A stretch of DNA of 64,000 nucleotides from Selaginella moellendorffii (taxonomy: Eukaryota; Plantae; Lycopodiophyta). A program made the position numbers and the translations under genes. The notes below the pieces were generated by a model that saw only the letters and a list, made by a program, of their open reading frames with translations, searched no databases and was not told the DNA's origin. The DNA lies in assembly GCF_000143415.4 (NCBI RefSeq), contig NW_003314283.1, forward strand, positions 1,478,330 to 1,542,329. The letters are read 5' to 3'. The number at the start of each line of letters is the position of its first letter. Within the stretch, counting starts at the first letter, position 1. Below are positions 26,101 through 38,562 of the stretch, piece by piece.

Positions 26101-29100
26101 AATATCATAAAGGGAAATGCTCATTGTTAAAGAAGGTCATCATTGGGACACCTAAACACTCTAAAACATCAGAAAGTTGTGTTTAATATTATAAGGGTAT
26201 TAGATAAGGCATAAGGGACTAAATCCTTAGTGAATAATGGATAGGAAATGTTATCTAAGGTTGCAGAGACAAGAGAAATCCGTCTATCTGAATTGAACAA
26301 AGCCAAAAGGGATTTTGGCAAGATTAGTGGTGGGCATATAAAAGCTCATAAGTAGCAATATTAATCTTGATATATGGGATTATAAGGTGAGTATATCTAA
26401 ATTGAGGAACCACTCCCTAGGCTATCGAGTATGTTCATTCCTAAGATTACTTGCTAAGGCATAGTAGAAAGTGCAAATCTATCCTCCTAGCATGAAGGAA
26501 AATAACCAAAAAAAACATGTGAGGCCAAAAGCAAGTAGTAAAATAAGAGGACCGAACTATAGTAATCAAAGAGCATAACCGAGAGTAATTATCCAAGTTG
26601 GGATTGGAAAATTAAGTAGGTACTCAAAGGTGTTGTTACTGACAATTATGATGCCATGGAGAGTCTAGAGTATGGAATTATCTATGTTAGACCATATGAC
26701 AATTAGAAAGCTTGTGAAAAGAGAAGTTTTAGCTAGTTAAAGGATAAAGTCCCTTCAAAATTCCCAAAAACAATTCTAAATAAGCTAGTACCTAAAAAGA
26801 TAAGTGTAAATACATGAAATTAAAGTGGCACAAGTGGCAGAAGTGTAGTTTTGAAGCTTGTTATAAGGCGAAGCTATCAAAGTTGGGGAAGTAGTTCCTG
26901 AGTGTTTAAAGAGATGGTTTTGAACAAAAATTGATGGTTAAGAATTTTCATGCTTATGCATGAAACTATGTTACACTAGTTGAATGACTTGTAAGAGAGA
27001 TTGGCAAGTCGGGGGAACAAAAACCCTAGTTGAAGGTGTTGACTTCAAAAAGAAGTGGCCTATGGGGCTAAGCATGGAAGAATCTATGCATAATCACAAA
27101 CTTGTCAAGTGAGAGGATTTGACAATTCAGAGAAACTAGGTTTTTAAGCGTGATCCGTAACATACTTTATGTATAAATTGGTGCACCGACATGGGGAGTC
27201 ACGCTAGGCATCTTGGAGTTGTGAGACACAAATCCCTAAACCCTAAAGTGGAGCTAAAAAGATGCCATGTGGTAGTGGCTAAAGCAGAAGCGAAATAAAC
27301 ATAATACATTTGGACTAAAAGTTTTGACTTGGACAATCGAGAGTGGGAGTGGAATTCCCAACAAAGTGGTCAAGGAACGAGCATGAAATAAGTAGTAAGT
27401 GAATCTCTAGAAAAGGGACACAAGAGGATCAATACATGACATGTGGAAGTGTCGAGATAGAGTCCGAGATGGAGTCCAAGAAGGAGTTTAACATGGACCC
27501 AAGACGAAGTCTGAGATGGAGTTCAAGATGGAGTCCAAGAAGGAGTTTAAGATGGACCCAAGACAAAGTCTGAGATGGAGTCTGAAATAAACATGAGATG
27601 GAGTTCGATATGGACCCAAGATAGAGTCTAAGATGGAGTCTGATATGGACCCAAGATGGACCCAAAATAGAGTCTGAGATGGAGTCTAAAATGGATCTAA
27701 GATGGACCCAAGATAAAGTCTGAGATGGACCTAAGATGGAATCCAAGATAGACCCGAGATGGACTCCGAGATGGACCCAAGATGGAGTTCGAGATGGAGT
27801 CCGAGATGGAATAATGACGGAGTCAAAGGTCAAATCCAAGATGGACCTAAAATAGAGTTCGAGGTTGAGGCCGAGAAAGAGACCAATATCGAGACAAAGA
27901 TTGAGAAAGAGACCAAGACCGAAACCAAGACTAAGATTAAGACCAAGTTTGAGTTCGAGTCCAAGTCCGAGGATGAAAGCCCAAAGCATTTGTCTCCCAA
28001 ACCCTAGGGGGTTTGGTGAACTCTAAAAGTATAATAGGGGGAAGACTTTAGTGGAGCCAGTTTGGTCAGGAAAGGCCAATATGACCAAAGAAGGCTATAC
28101 CCATGTGTTAGGTGATGGTATATTTACTAAGGGGTCTAAAGCTAAAGTAAATATAGATAAACAAACTAGGTAGCTTGGTGAAGTGTTCAAGAATTAGCTC
28201 TAGCTCCTTTGGGAGATTGAATGGTAGATGTTCCCAATCCAAGTGTGGGTAACACTACCTACTTAGATACCTAGCATGGCTCATCAAAACCTCGCTCTAG
28301 CCATATGGCTAGGGCACCTAAGGGCAAAAGGTGTAAAGATGTTGCGAATGTGACTTTGGGTATCGAAAGATACTTGTCAACTAATCTTTACGGATACTCT
28401 TTTTTTACTACTATGACGGCAAGAGGTCAATATAGTTGGATGGTAGTCTCTTTTGTGCTAGTAGAGTTAATTAAGCATTTAAAGTGTACTTAGACCAGAC
28501 AAGTAAGTACTTTTTGATACTTAAAATCACATTTGCAATAAAAAAGTACCTATAAAACTTGTGTAGAGCCACAGTGTTTCGAAATGTCATATTAAAGTCC
28601 TAAACCGTGGAAAGGAAGTAGAAGAGTTCTCTAGTGTAGTGACCAAAGACACAATCATATGATGAGGAAATCCCAGAGGATAGTGGGATTTAATGGTTGA
28701 GCCTTTGGGCCTTGACCCAATGGCAAGGTTAACGAGCATGGCCCTAGATGAAAAGGGACTTAATAGGGATAAAAGAAGGAATATTAGGGAAAAATGTTTC
28801 CCATGTCTTTAGGCATCCTAAGGGTGTTAAGGTGTGGTCAAAAGGTGACCACTCATGGATGGATGGCTTAGTCTTTGATAGATGGGATTATGATGTAGGT
28901 GGTTTTAGATTACGAATATGACAATGGTGAATGAGCATGGTTTTAATGTAATAGGCTAATATGTCAATGGTACATTTGGGTGTCAATTATAAAATTGGAC
29001 ACATAGAGCATTTGGACCAAGTGCAAAGGTTAAATTTTATAAATCCCATTTATGGGGCTAGCATATCCCCAAGTCTTGAATAAGACTTATAGAAATTGTG

Positions 29101-29172
29101 AGTGAGACTCTTCTAAATAATCAAAAGTGTGTTTAAGTGATTAAAATAGAATGGAAAAATTAATTGCTTACA
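23106..29172 (+). mobile_element. Family A LTR element, unit-2 copy (LTRs 23106-24718 and 27220-29172)
   Basis: Duplicate of 6457-12516. Confidence 0.85.
28340..28540. mobile_element. Fold-back mini-element, unit-2 copy
   Basis: Duplicate of 11684-11884. Confidence 0.7.
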
Positions 29173-29769
29173 ATGCCCAATAGTAAACATCACGACCATG
29201 ATTACATCCTTGCTCTTGTCTATAAACTTGGGAAGCAACAACATCAACCTCCATTCAAATAAAACTATCTCCCACAAAAAGATAAAAAGAGGTGATGTTT
29301 TATAACATTGTGCCAGGCAAAGAGCATTATTTGGCTCTGCAGAAACCAAGAGGCTCAGAAATAAACACTAATTTACATCATTAACTTAGATGCTCCTTGA
29401 TGAATACAAACCAATTGCTAAATTACATCATCACAATCATCAACATGTTCAAATGTGCATTTGAAAATGTTTGAGAGAATGCTCCAATCTGCATATGTGT
29501 CACAAATTTTTGGGATCATATTTAGCATTTATATGAGTTTCCCACGTGTCTCCAAAAGATGATGTTCCAATGGTATAATAATTTGAGTGCCAAAGATGAT
29601 TGCTATCTTTGTTGGGAAGTGTATGATTATCTCAAGTGATTTGCCAAAATATAAAGAATATTAGCAGAAAGAAGGGGGCAATCCACTTAAGTAATTAAAC
29701 CTCCAAGGATTAGACCATTCTCTAGTACAAAAATTCTAGATGAAACGGTTAGCATCTGTCTCTCTGCAG

Positions 29770-30382
29770 TTGCAATCATGCAACTCTTTTGAGTGCCAAG
29801 AGGCCTGCTTGTTGACCAGTTTGATTCCAAGGATGATCTGATGAACGTGTTGCTTGCGTCGTGTTTCAGAGCAGTTTGCTCTTGCATTCCATTCAGATGG
29901 GAGCCTGACTGGTTTTTAGTTATCTAGCACCACAATCTGTTACCGTCTTTAACAACAGACTGTGCATCCACAGCAGGTTCACGCTCTTCATGCCCCCTTC
30001 AGCTGCTGAAACAACGGTTCTTTCGTGTCACTCACTAAGATTTTAGTTTTGGCTTCTGAAGCTTTTGTTTTGCTCTTACACGGGTAAGAGTATGTGCCTT
30101 TTCTGCCAAGGACCTCGGTCTTCAAGACACAGTGGGTATCAGCCCGGACTGTAATCCCGACAACCGAGCCTCTCCAAATAATAAGAAGTTAAAAGGTACA
30201 TACCTAAGTTCTTGACTGTTTCGCAGCTTTTAAACAGGAAGTCGCCCTCTTGAAGATGGTAAGAAACCCGCAGATTTTTCTTTGATGAGCTCTATGTGTT
30301 GGGCTACAAGGATGCTGCAGTGTGGGCAAATACAAATCCTTTGATCAATTTTAGAGGCAAGGCAGCAGCTGCTCCAGTTTGA
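29770..30382 (+). pseudogene. Patatin-like pseudogene fragment, copy 2
   Basis: Near-identical to 13114-13726. Confidence 0.8.
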
Positions 30383-30806
30383 AGATGCAACAAACGATTG
30401 CTGTATCATACTAGAGGCATTCATGCGAAGGTAAAAGAATCTGGAACCGAATTATAGAGATTCTTTGGGACACTAGAGACTAGCATTTGTACACAAAGAA
30501 GAAGAGAAGATTGACAAAGTTCCGTGTTCTACATGGTTGTCAAAAGAATCAAAAGTTGTCAAAAGAAACAAACAAGAAATTACGTGTGAAGCTTCATGAT
30601 CAGTTGTGTGACTTTGTCAATAGCGTTCTATTTTCCCAGCCCACGTTTGAGAATTTTCCAGTCAAGCGCGTAGGTACCGGGAAGGCGGGCGGCTTCCTGG
30701 TATAAAAGCCCAACCAGGAAAACCCAGGCAATTCATCGATCCCAGTCTACAATCTTCCATCCTCTAGCCTGAAATTTGAGATTTTTCTCTTTTTCTCATA
30801 ACACCC

Positions 30807-32372
30807 ATGGCAAGTTCATATCCAAAGGACAAGATTGCATTCCTGTACATCCACAGAGAGAGTGGTGAGATTGGCTTCGTCTCACAATCTGCGTCTAGGC
30901 ATGTCCCAGTACTAGCAGCCAAGTGCGATTTCTTGTTCTCCTCCATGGTCGCGAGCGACAAGGCGGAAGATTTAGAGGCGGCAAAGCAGGCCACACGCTC
31001 AGTTGCTCCAGATATGAACAAGTACACCATTTCCATGCTTGGAGCAGCAGCTGACCAGGAGTGGACAGCCACCGTCTACGAGAGATACATTGGGAACGGG
31101 TTCGAGGGCGTGGTTTTCATCCAGGATCCCAATCTCCAGGAGGAGGACAGCGAGAGCATGAGCTATCTGGCCTCTCTGCTGCTGGACAACGGCGTCATGA
31201 CCAGAGATTGCCTTCTGGAGCCCTTCAGCTCGCACACACCTCAAGAGGTGGACGACATCACCTCCCAAGTTGTGGACATCATCGAGAAGAATTACATCCA
31301 CTTCCCAAAGCACGACCAGTGGTTCACAAGTGGGGGCAAGCAGAGGTTTGCGGACAAGGTGAGGTACCACGTCGCAAGAAACATTCCACTCGAGTTCGTC
31401 TTGCCCGCATTTCCAGTCAAGTCGTGCAATCCCGACAAGACTCTGGGAAAGTGCCCGGACAAGGCCGAGGAGCTGGCCATCCATTCCATGAAGATTGTTG
31501 CGGATCTCATCAAGGCCGTGTATGCTCCAGGCGTGCACTACAACGTCGCCTCGGATGGCCATGTCTTCTCTGATCTCGTCGGCTCGGACGACGCTGCTGT
31601 GGATTCTTACGGCGAGATGTTTTGGGAGATGGCACACAATCTGTATCCCGGCCTTGTCAATTTCTTTCGCCTGGATGAGTTTCTGCTGGACAACCACAGT
31701 GACAAAGACATTGCAAAGCTTATCTCCAACACCACCGTGGAGCATCCCGTTGCGACTGAGCTCACCGCCAATGCAGAGAATGCCAGGCGAGCTCTCATGT
31801 GCTTGTTTGGATGTGACGAGTCCACCGTCACCAAGGAGATCAAGGAGGAGCCGGAGACACGCAATCTATATCGTGGCTTCTCCAGGTTCATGCTCGAGGA
31901 CTTGTACGAACACAAGAGCTGCAAGAATCTCCCGTCAAAGTCGGCCAAGAAGAAGCTGTGCAGCCAGGTTGCCTTCCTCATGATCCTCAGGAACCGTGCA
32001 TACTCGGCCATGGTGGAGTGGCTCTTCCCTTTGCAGCTGCGCATTTCCATCCACCCGCATCCAAACAGAGGTCCCAAGTATGGCATCAACATCATCCATT
32101 CCTCTCTAGTGGCAGCGCAGCGTTCTTCCGAGGAGAAGAACTTCCACATCCCAACACCATGGCACAACGCGGTGGTGGAGCTGGCAGATGGCAAGTTCAT
32201 GCTGCTGCACTCCAAAGTCATCCGAGGTTCGAGTATGCAGGCCAGAGAAATGGCCTGTGAGCAGCTCGACTTGAGTCAACAGTTGCTTCTCAAGCGTCAA
32301 GGCTACAGAATGACGCTGGTGACATATCCAGACGGCAGACCCAGCCACTACAGGCAGGTCAGTGTCTGCTAA
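30807..32372 (+). CDS. DIT1-like: Isocyanide synthase Dit1/PvcA family, copy 2
   Basis: Protein identical to copy 1. A synonymous SNP is visible (TCC at 14247, TCT at 30896). Confidence 0.93.
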   Translation: MASSYPKDKIAFLYIHRESGEIGFVSQSASRHVPVLAAKCDFLFSSMVASDKAEDLEAAKQATRSVAPDMNKYTISMLGAAADQEWTATVYERYIGNGFEGVVFIQDPNLQEEDSESMSYLASLLLDNGVMTRDCLLEPFSSHTPQEVDDITSQVVDIIEKNYIHFPKHDQWFTSGGKQRFADKVRYHVARNIPLEFVLPAFPVKSCNPDKTLGKCPDKAEELAIHSMKIVADLIKAVYAPGVHYNVASDGHVFSDLVGSDDAAVDSYGEMFWEMAHNLYPGLVNFFRLDEFLLDNHSDKDIAKLISNTTVEHPVATELTANAENARRALMCLFGCDESTVTKEIKEEPETRNLYRGFSRFMLEDLYEHKSCKNLPSKSAKKKLCSQVAFLMILRNRAYSAMVEWLFPLQLRISIHPHPNRGPKYGINIIHSSLVAAQRSSEEKNFHIPTPWHNAVVELADGKFMLLHSKVIRGSSMQAREMACEQLDLSQQLLLKRQGYRMTLVTYPDGRPSHYRQVSVC

Positions 32373-35289
32373 TATGTGATAGACGGTTTTGATTCTGGGT
32401 AAATTCCCTCAGGCCCATTTTTTTGTAAATTTTAAAAAGAGTAAATACCATTTTTTCTCTCACTTCTTTGTCTCCATCTGGGATTCTAAAAATGAACCGT
32501 ACAAACAGAAGAAATAGAGAACATATTGTTGACTGTATAGTGCTTCCTCTGTTACTACAAATATATGAATACCATTACAGCAGTATAGGAGTCACTACTA
32601 ACTTTGACAATCTTTTACTTCTGCTCCTTCTCTGGATCAATGTTGTGAAGAAGAAGCCCTGGATCGAAAATTCCTCAATACCGACACTATTCACCGCCTA
32701 AGTTTTACGCTGTGTATTTTTCAGTCCAATTTTGTAAGCGGCTCAAGCTGCACAACACGTTACATGCTTCGCTCCAGCGTAGGCCATCCTGTCTCCAAAA
32801 GGACGAGACGTGGTCTTTGGCAACTTGAGAACTTTAGGATGTGTTTGACAAGCCTTCTTTTTGAAACAAAGGTTTTTGCAAGACAATGTCATACGTCAAG
32901 TGGAATTTGTGGTCAAAGAATGTTTGCTACTTGTTTTGCGTTATACTGTATTTATGCATCATTTTAAACACGTGTTTTAAGAGCAGGAAAGCAGCAAGAA
33001 GCTACACCGCCTGATATATAAAATGTAACTATAGTTCTTGTCAGAATTAGATGGCCTGACTTTCTATGGCAAGTTTGGATTCACATCAGATTCTCTTCTT
33101 TTTATGGAACTTGCTTCCCTGGTATTTGTTTTCTTCTTTGTTGACTTACATAGTTCACGTGTAAGTTCCAGTGCAAACTATCAGAGCGAGATATGTACTG
33201 TAGGCCCGTGCTTTGCCACCATCGCCTCCATCATACCAGTGTTGCTAATGGCATCATATTCTTCTTAGAGATCTATTGTTTGGATATTATACTGTTGTTA
33301 CTGTAGGCCCGTGCTTTGCCACCATCGCCTCCATCATACCAGTGCTTCACCCCTGCATTCAGCTCCATTGTCATACGACTCAGACCACGCTAGCCAAAAT
33401 TCGAACGACTGCATATTAGGTAAAGTCATACTGCTGCCAATGGCTGACCTGTCCATTCTTTTTCTTGGCCATACATCATGTACCTCCTCCATGATTAACA
33501 ATTTTATTCATAAACATTCACATGGTTTTGTTTGTGTGGCTTATATTAAATTATTATGAATATACCTTGAAAGCATACAAGGCCTGTGCCAAACACCCAT
33601 GTGGAAATAGCAGACATTTTGTGTCATCAAGATGCCAGGTATGTGAAGCATTCAGTGTGGAATCAAAAGTGAAATAGGGCTTCCCAGGGACATGAGGAGT
33701 GGCCTCGTTTGCATTGAGGACTTGGGGCCCCAGTATGCTCAACCTCATGCCACAGACAACACTTTCAATGCTGTTGGAGAAAAACTTTTGTCCTTCTGCG
33801 ATGCAGTATAGGAATGTCAGTGGCCTGGACACACACTGGGAGGCTACACTTGTGAGGCATGGATCCTTGCAAGGCTTACATAGTCTCATACTGTGTGCTG
33901 CCTCAGAAACTCTGGATGAGGAGCTCAGCACAGCCTGGATCAGGGTGCGAGGATTCTCAATGTGAGTGGTGTTGTTGCTGAGATCTTAGGCAATTGCACT
34001 GCATACAATGGCAAATCCAGCATGAGCTAGAGCAGACTTGCTGCAAGCTGCAGCTCGTCTCACTGTGGGTTCCAGCTTTGGAGCGTTGCCTCCTGTGAGC
34101 TGCACTGCTCAGGGCAGGAATGCTGTGCCTTTATAGAGATTCATGAGTGTGGTTAGCTCTAGTAGATCCAACAACGAGGTATCCTTGGAACATGGCATAT
34201 GTCCACATGCCAGGTCCACTCAAACTTCTAGCACACCCAAGAGCTGTCTTGAGATGGGATTAGTTCCCCAGGACCTTTAGAGTGAGGCCAACCAAGGGGT
34301 TTCCCACCACCTCTCTACCTATGCAAAACAGAAGAAATTCATCTACCCTTTGGCAGAAAAACATATATTATTATTCATTATACTATTTATAACATTATAA
34401 TATCCAAACAATAGATCTCTAAGAAGAATATGATGCCATTAGCAACTGTGGGATTCTGATGGCGATGGTGGCAAAGCACGGGCCTACAGTACATATCTCG
34501 CTCTGATAGTTTGCACTGGAACTTACACGTGAACTATGTAAGTCAACAAAGAAGAAAACAAATACCAGGGAAGCAAGTTCTATAAAAAGAAGAGAATCTG
34601 ATGTGAATCCAAACTTGCCATAGAAAGTCAGGCCATCTAATTCTGACAAGAACTATAGTTACATTTTATATATCAGGCGGTGTAGCTTCTTGCTGCTTTC
34701 CTGCTCTTAAAACACGTGTTTAAAATGATGCATAAATACAGTATAACGCAAAACAAGTAGCAAACATTCTTTGACCACAAATTCCACTTGACGTATGACA
34801 TTGTCTTGCAAAAACCTTTGTTTCAAAAAGAAGGCTTGTCAAACACATCCTAAAGTTCTCAAGTTGCCAAAGACCACGTCTCGTCCTTTTGGAGACAGGA
34901 TGGCCTACGCTGGAGCGAAGCATGTAACGTGTTGTGCAGCTTGAGCCGCTTACAAAATTGGACTGAAAAATACACAGCGTAAAACTTAGGCGGTGAATAG
35001 TGTCGGTATTGAGGAATTTTCGATCCAGGGCTTCTTCTTCACAACATTGATCCAGAGAAGGAGCAGAAGTAAAAGATTGTCAAAGTTAGTAGTGACTCCT
35101 ATACTGCTGTAATGGTATTCATATATTTGTAGTAACAGAGGAAGCACTATACAGTCAACAATATGTTCTGTATTTCTTCTGTTTGTACGGTTCATTTTTA
35201 GAATCCCAGATGGAGACAAAGAAGTGAGAGAAAAAATGGTATTTACTCTTTTTAAAATTTACAAAAAAATGGGCCTGAGGGAATTTACC

Positions 35290-35349
35290 CAGAATCAAAA
35301 CCGTCTATCACATATTAGCCAGAATCAAAACCGTCTATCACATATTAGC
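35290..35349. repeat. Perfect 2x30-bp tandem duplication spanning the stop codon and start of the 3' UTR of ICS copy 3
   Basis: CAGAATCAAAACCGTCTATCACATATTAGC appears twice here and once in the other copies. Confidence 0.95.
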
Positions 35350-36910
35350 AGACACTGACCTGCCTGTAGTGGCTGGGTCTGCCGTCTGGATATGTCACCA
35401 GCGTCATTCTGTAGCCTTGACGCTTGAGAAGCAACTGTTGACTCAAGTCGAGTTGCTCACAGGCCATTTCTCTGGCCTGCATACTCGAACCTCGGATGAC
35501 TTTGGAGTGCAGCAGCATGAACTTGCCATCTGCCAGCTCCACCACCGCGTTGTGCCATGGTGTTGGGATGTGGAAGTTCTTCTCCTCGGAAGAACGCTGC
35601 GCTGCCACTAGAGAGGAATGGATGATGTTGATGCCATACTTGGGACCTCTGTTTGGATGCGGGTGGATGGAAATGCGCAGCTGCAAAGGGAAGAGCCACT
35701 CCACCATGGCCGAGTATGCACGGTTCCTGAGGATCATGAGGAAGGCAACCTGGCTGCACAGCTTCTTCTTGGCCGACTTTGACGGGAGATTCTTGCAGCT
35801 CTTGTGTTCGTACAAGTCCTCGAGCATGAACCTGGAGAAGCCACGATATAGATTGCGTGTCTCCGGCTCCTCCTTGATCTCCTTGGTGACGGTGGACTCG
35901 TCACATCCAAACAAGCACATGAGAGCTCGCCTGGCATTCTCTGCATTGGCGGTGAGCTCAGTCGCAACGGGATGCTCCACGGTGGTGTTGGAGATAAGCT
36001 TTGCAATGTCTTTGTCACTGTGGTTGTCCAGCAGAAACTCATCCAGGCGAAAGAAATTGACAAGGCCGGGATACAGATTGTGTGCCATCTCCCAAAACAT
36101 CTCGCCGTAAGAATCCACAGCAGCGTCGTCCGAGCCGACGAGATCAGAGAAGACATGGCCATCCGAGGCGACGTTGTAGTGCACGCCTGGAGCATACACG
36201 GCCTTGATGAGATCCGCAACAATCTTCATGGAATGGATGGCCAGCTCCTCGGCCTTGTCCGGGCACTTTCCCAGAGTCTTGTCGGGATTGCACGACTTGA
36301 CTGGAAATGCGGGCAAGACGAACTCGAGTGGAATGTTTCTTGCGACGTGGTACCTCACCTTGTCCGCAAACCTCTGCTTGCCCCCACTTGTGAACCACTG
36401 GTCGTGCTTTGGGAAGTGGATGTAATTCTTCTCGATGATGTCCACAACTTGGGAGGTGATGTCGTCCACCTCTTGAGGTGTGTGCGAGCTGAAGGGCTCC
36501 AGAAGGCAATCTCTGGTCATGACGCCGTTGTCCAGCAGCAGAGAGGCCAGATAGCTCATGCTCTCGCTGTCCTCCTCCTGGAGATTGGGATCCTGGATGA
36601 AAACCACGCCCTCGAACCCGTTCCCAATGTATCTCTCGTAGACGGTGGCTGTCCACTCCTGGTCAGCTGCTGCTCCAAGCATGGAAATGGTGTACTTGTT
36701 CATATCTGGAGCAACTGAGCGTGTGGCCTGCTTTGCCGCCTCTAAATCTTCCGCCTTGTCGCTCGCGACCATGGAGGAGAACAAGAAATCGCACTTGGCT
36801 GCTAGTACTGGGACATGCCTAGACGCAGATTGTGAGACGAAGCCAATCTCACCACTCTCTCTGTGGATGTACAGGAATGCAATCTTGTCCTTTGGATATG
36901 AACTTGCCAT
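35345..36910 (-). CDS. DIT1-like: Isocyanide synthase Dit1/PvcA family, copy 3 (inverted)
   Basis: Protein identical to copies 1 and 2. Synonymous CAG>CAA at 35453. Lies in the right arm of the palindrome. Confidence 0.93.
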   Translation of the reverse strand: MASSYPKDKIAFLYIHRESGEIGFVSQSASRHVPVLAAKCDFLFSSMVASDKAEDLEAAKQATRSVAPDMNKYTISMLGAAADQEWTATVYERYIGNGFEGVVFIQDPNLQEEDSESMSYLASLLLDNGVMTRDCLLEPFSSHTPQEVDDITSQVVDIIEKNYIHFPKHDQWFTSGGKQRFADKVRYHVARNIPLEFVLPAFPVKSCNPDKTLGKCPDKAEELAIHSMKIVADLIKAVYAPGVHYNVASDGHVFSDLVGSDDAAVDSYGEMFWEMAHNLYPGLVNFFRLDEFLLDNHSDKDIAKLISNTTVEHPVATELTANAENARRALMCLFGCDESTVTKEIKEEPETRNLYRGFSRFMLEDLYEHKSCKNLPSKSAKKKLCSQVAFLMILRNRAYSAMVEWLFPLQLRISIHPHPNRGPKYGINIIHSSLVAAQRSSEEKNFHIPTPWHNAVVELADGKFMLLHSKVIRGSSMQAREMACEQLDLSQQLLLKRQGYRMTLVTYPDGRPSHYRQVSVC

Positions 36911-37334
36911 GGGTGTTATGAGAAAAAGAGAAAAATCTCAAATTTCAGGCTAGAGGATGGAAGATTGTAGACTGGGATCGATGAATTGCCTGGGTTTTCC
37001 TGGTTGGGCTTTTATACCAGGAAGCCGCCCGCCTTCCCGGTACCTACGCGCTTGACTGGAAAATTCTCAAACGTGGGCTGGGAAAATAGAACGCTATTGA
37101 CAAAGTCACACAACTGATCATGAAGCTTCACACGTAATTTCTTGTTTGTTTCTTTTGACAACTTTTGATTCTTTTGACAACCATGTAGAACACGGAACTT
37201 TGTCAATCTTCTCTTCTTCTTTGTGTACAAATGCTAGTCTCTAGTGTCCCAAAGAATCTCTATAATTCGGTTCCAGATTCTTTTACCTTCGCATGAATGC
37301 CTCTAGTATGATACAGCAATCGTTTGTTGCATCT

Positions 37335-37947
37335 TCAAACTGGAGCAGCTGCTGCCTTGCCTCTAAAATTGATCAAAGGATTTGTATTTGCCCACACTGC
37401 AGCATCCTTGTAGCCCAACACATAGAGCTCATCAAAGAAAAATCTGCGGGTTTCTTACCATCTTCAAGAGGGCGACTTCCTGTTTAAAAGCTGCGAAACA
37501 GTCAAGAACTTAGGTATGTACCTTTTAACTTCTTATTATTTGGAGAGGCTCGGTTGTCGGGATTACAGTCCGGGCTGATACCCACTGTGTCTTGAAGACC
37601 GAGGTCCTTGGCAGAAAAGGCACATACTCTTACCCGTGTAAGAGCAAAACAAAAGCTTCAGAAGCCAAAACTAAAATCTTAGTGAGTGACACGAAAGAAC
37701 CGTTGTTTCAGCAGCTGAAGGGGGCATGAAGAGCGTGAACCTGCTGTGGATGCACAGTCTGTTGTTAAAGACGGTAACAGATTGTGGTGCTAGATAACTA
37801 AAAACCAGTCAGGCTCCCATCTGAATGGAATGCAAGAGCAAACTGCTCTGAAACATGACGCAAGCAACACGTTCATCAGATCATCCTTGGAATCAAACTG
37901 GTCAACAAGCAGGCCTCTTGGCACTCAAAAGAGTTGCATGATTGCAA
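37335..37947 (-). pseudogene. Patatin-like pseudogene fragment, copy 3
   Basis: Reverse complement of 29770-30382. Confidence 0.8.
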
Positions 37948-38562
37948 CTGCAGAGAGACAGATGCTAACCGTTTCATCTAGAATTTTTGTACTAGAGAAT
38001 GGTCTAATCCTTGGAGGTTTAATTACTTAAGTGGATTGCCCCCTTCTTTCTGCTAATATTCTTTATATTTTGGCAAATCACTTGAGATAATCATACACTT
38101 CCCAACAAAGATAGCAATCATCTTTAGTGCTCAAATTATTATACCATTGCAACATCGTCCTTTGGAGACATGTGGGAAACTCATATGAATGCCGAACATC
38201 ATCTCAAGAATTAGCCACACACATGCAGATTGGAGCATTTTCTCAAACATTTTCAAACACATATTTGAACAATTGTAATGATGCATTCTAACAATTGCAT
38301 CATTTCCATCAAAAACCATTTAAGTTAGTGATGTAATTTAGTATTCATTTTCGAACCTTTTGCTTTGTGTAAAGCTAAATAATGTTCTTTGCTTAGCACA
38401 ATGCTATGAGATATTGCCTTTTTCACTTTTTACTGTATATGTTTCAACTCCATTTTTTGTGAGAGATGGTTTTGTTTTAATGGAGGTTGATACTACTTCT
38501 TTTCGAGTTCATGGACATAGGCAAGGACATGGTCATGGCCATGATGTCCATTATTAGATATG

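Larger units (their letters stand above)
16654..33381 (+). repeat. Tandem segmental duplication unit 2; a third partial unit continues to 34459
   Basis: Near-identical to unit 1 except for scattered SNPs/indels and a more divergent patch at ~25530-27000. Confidence 0.95.
29592..38125. repeat. Large palindrome: arms 29592-33226 and 34461-38125, spacer ~1.23 kb
   Basis: The right arm is the near-perfect reverse complement of the left. Both arms share a 24-bp deletion downstream of ICS and a 7-bp promoter deletion relative to copy 1. Confidence 0.93.

Noticed and set aside
1-33381. The whole amplicon as a pure assembly artefact
   Set aside because: Units carry distinguishing SNPs and indels, complex junctions and different TE insertions. 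Unit 1 versus unit 2 could still be haplotypes joined at the gap, so the exact copy number is uncertain.
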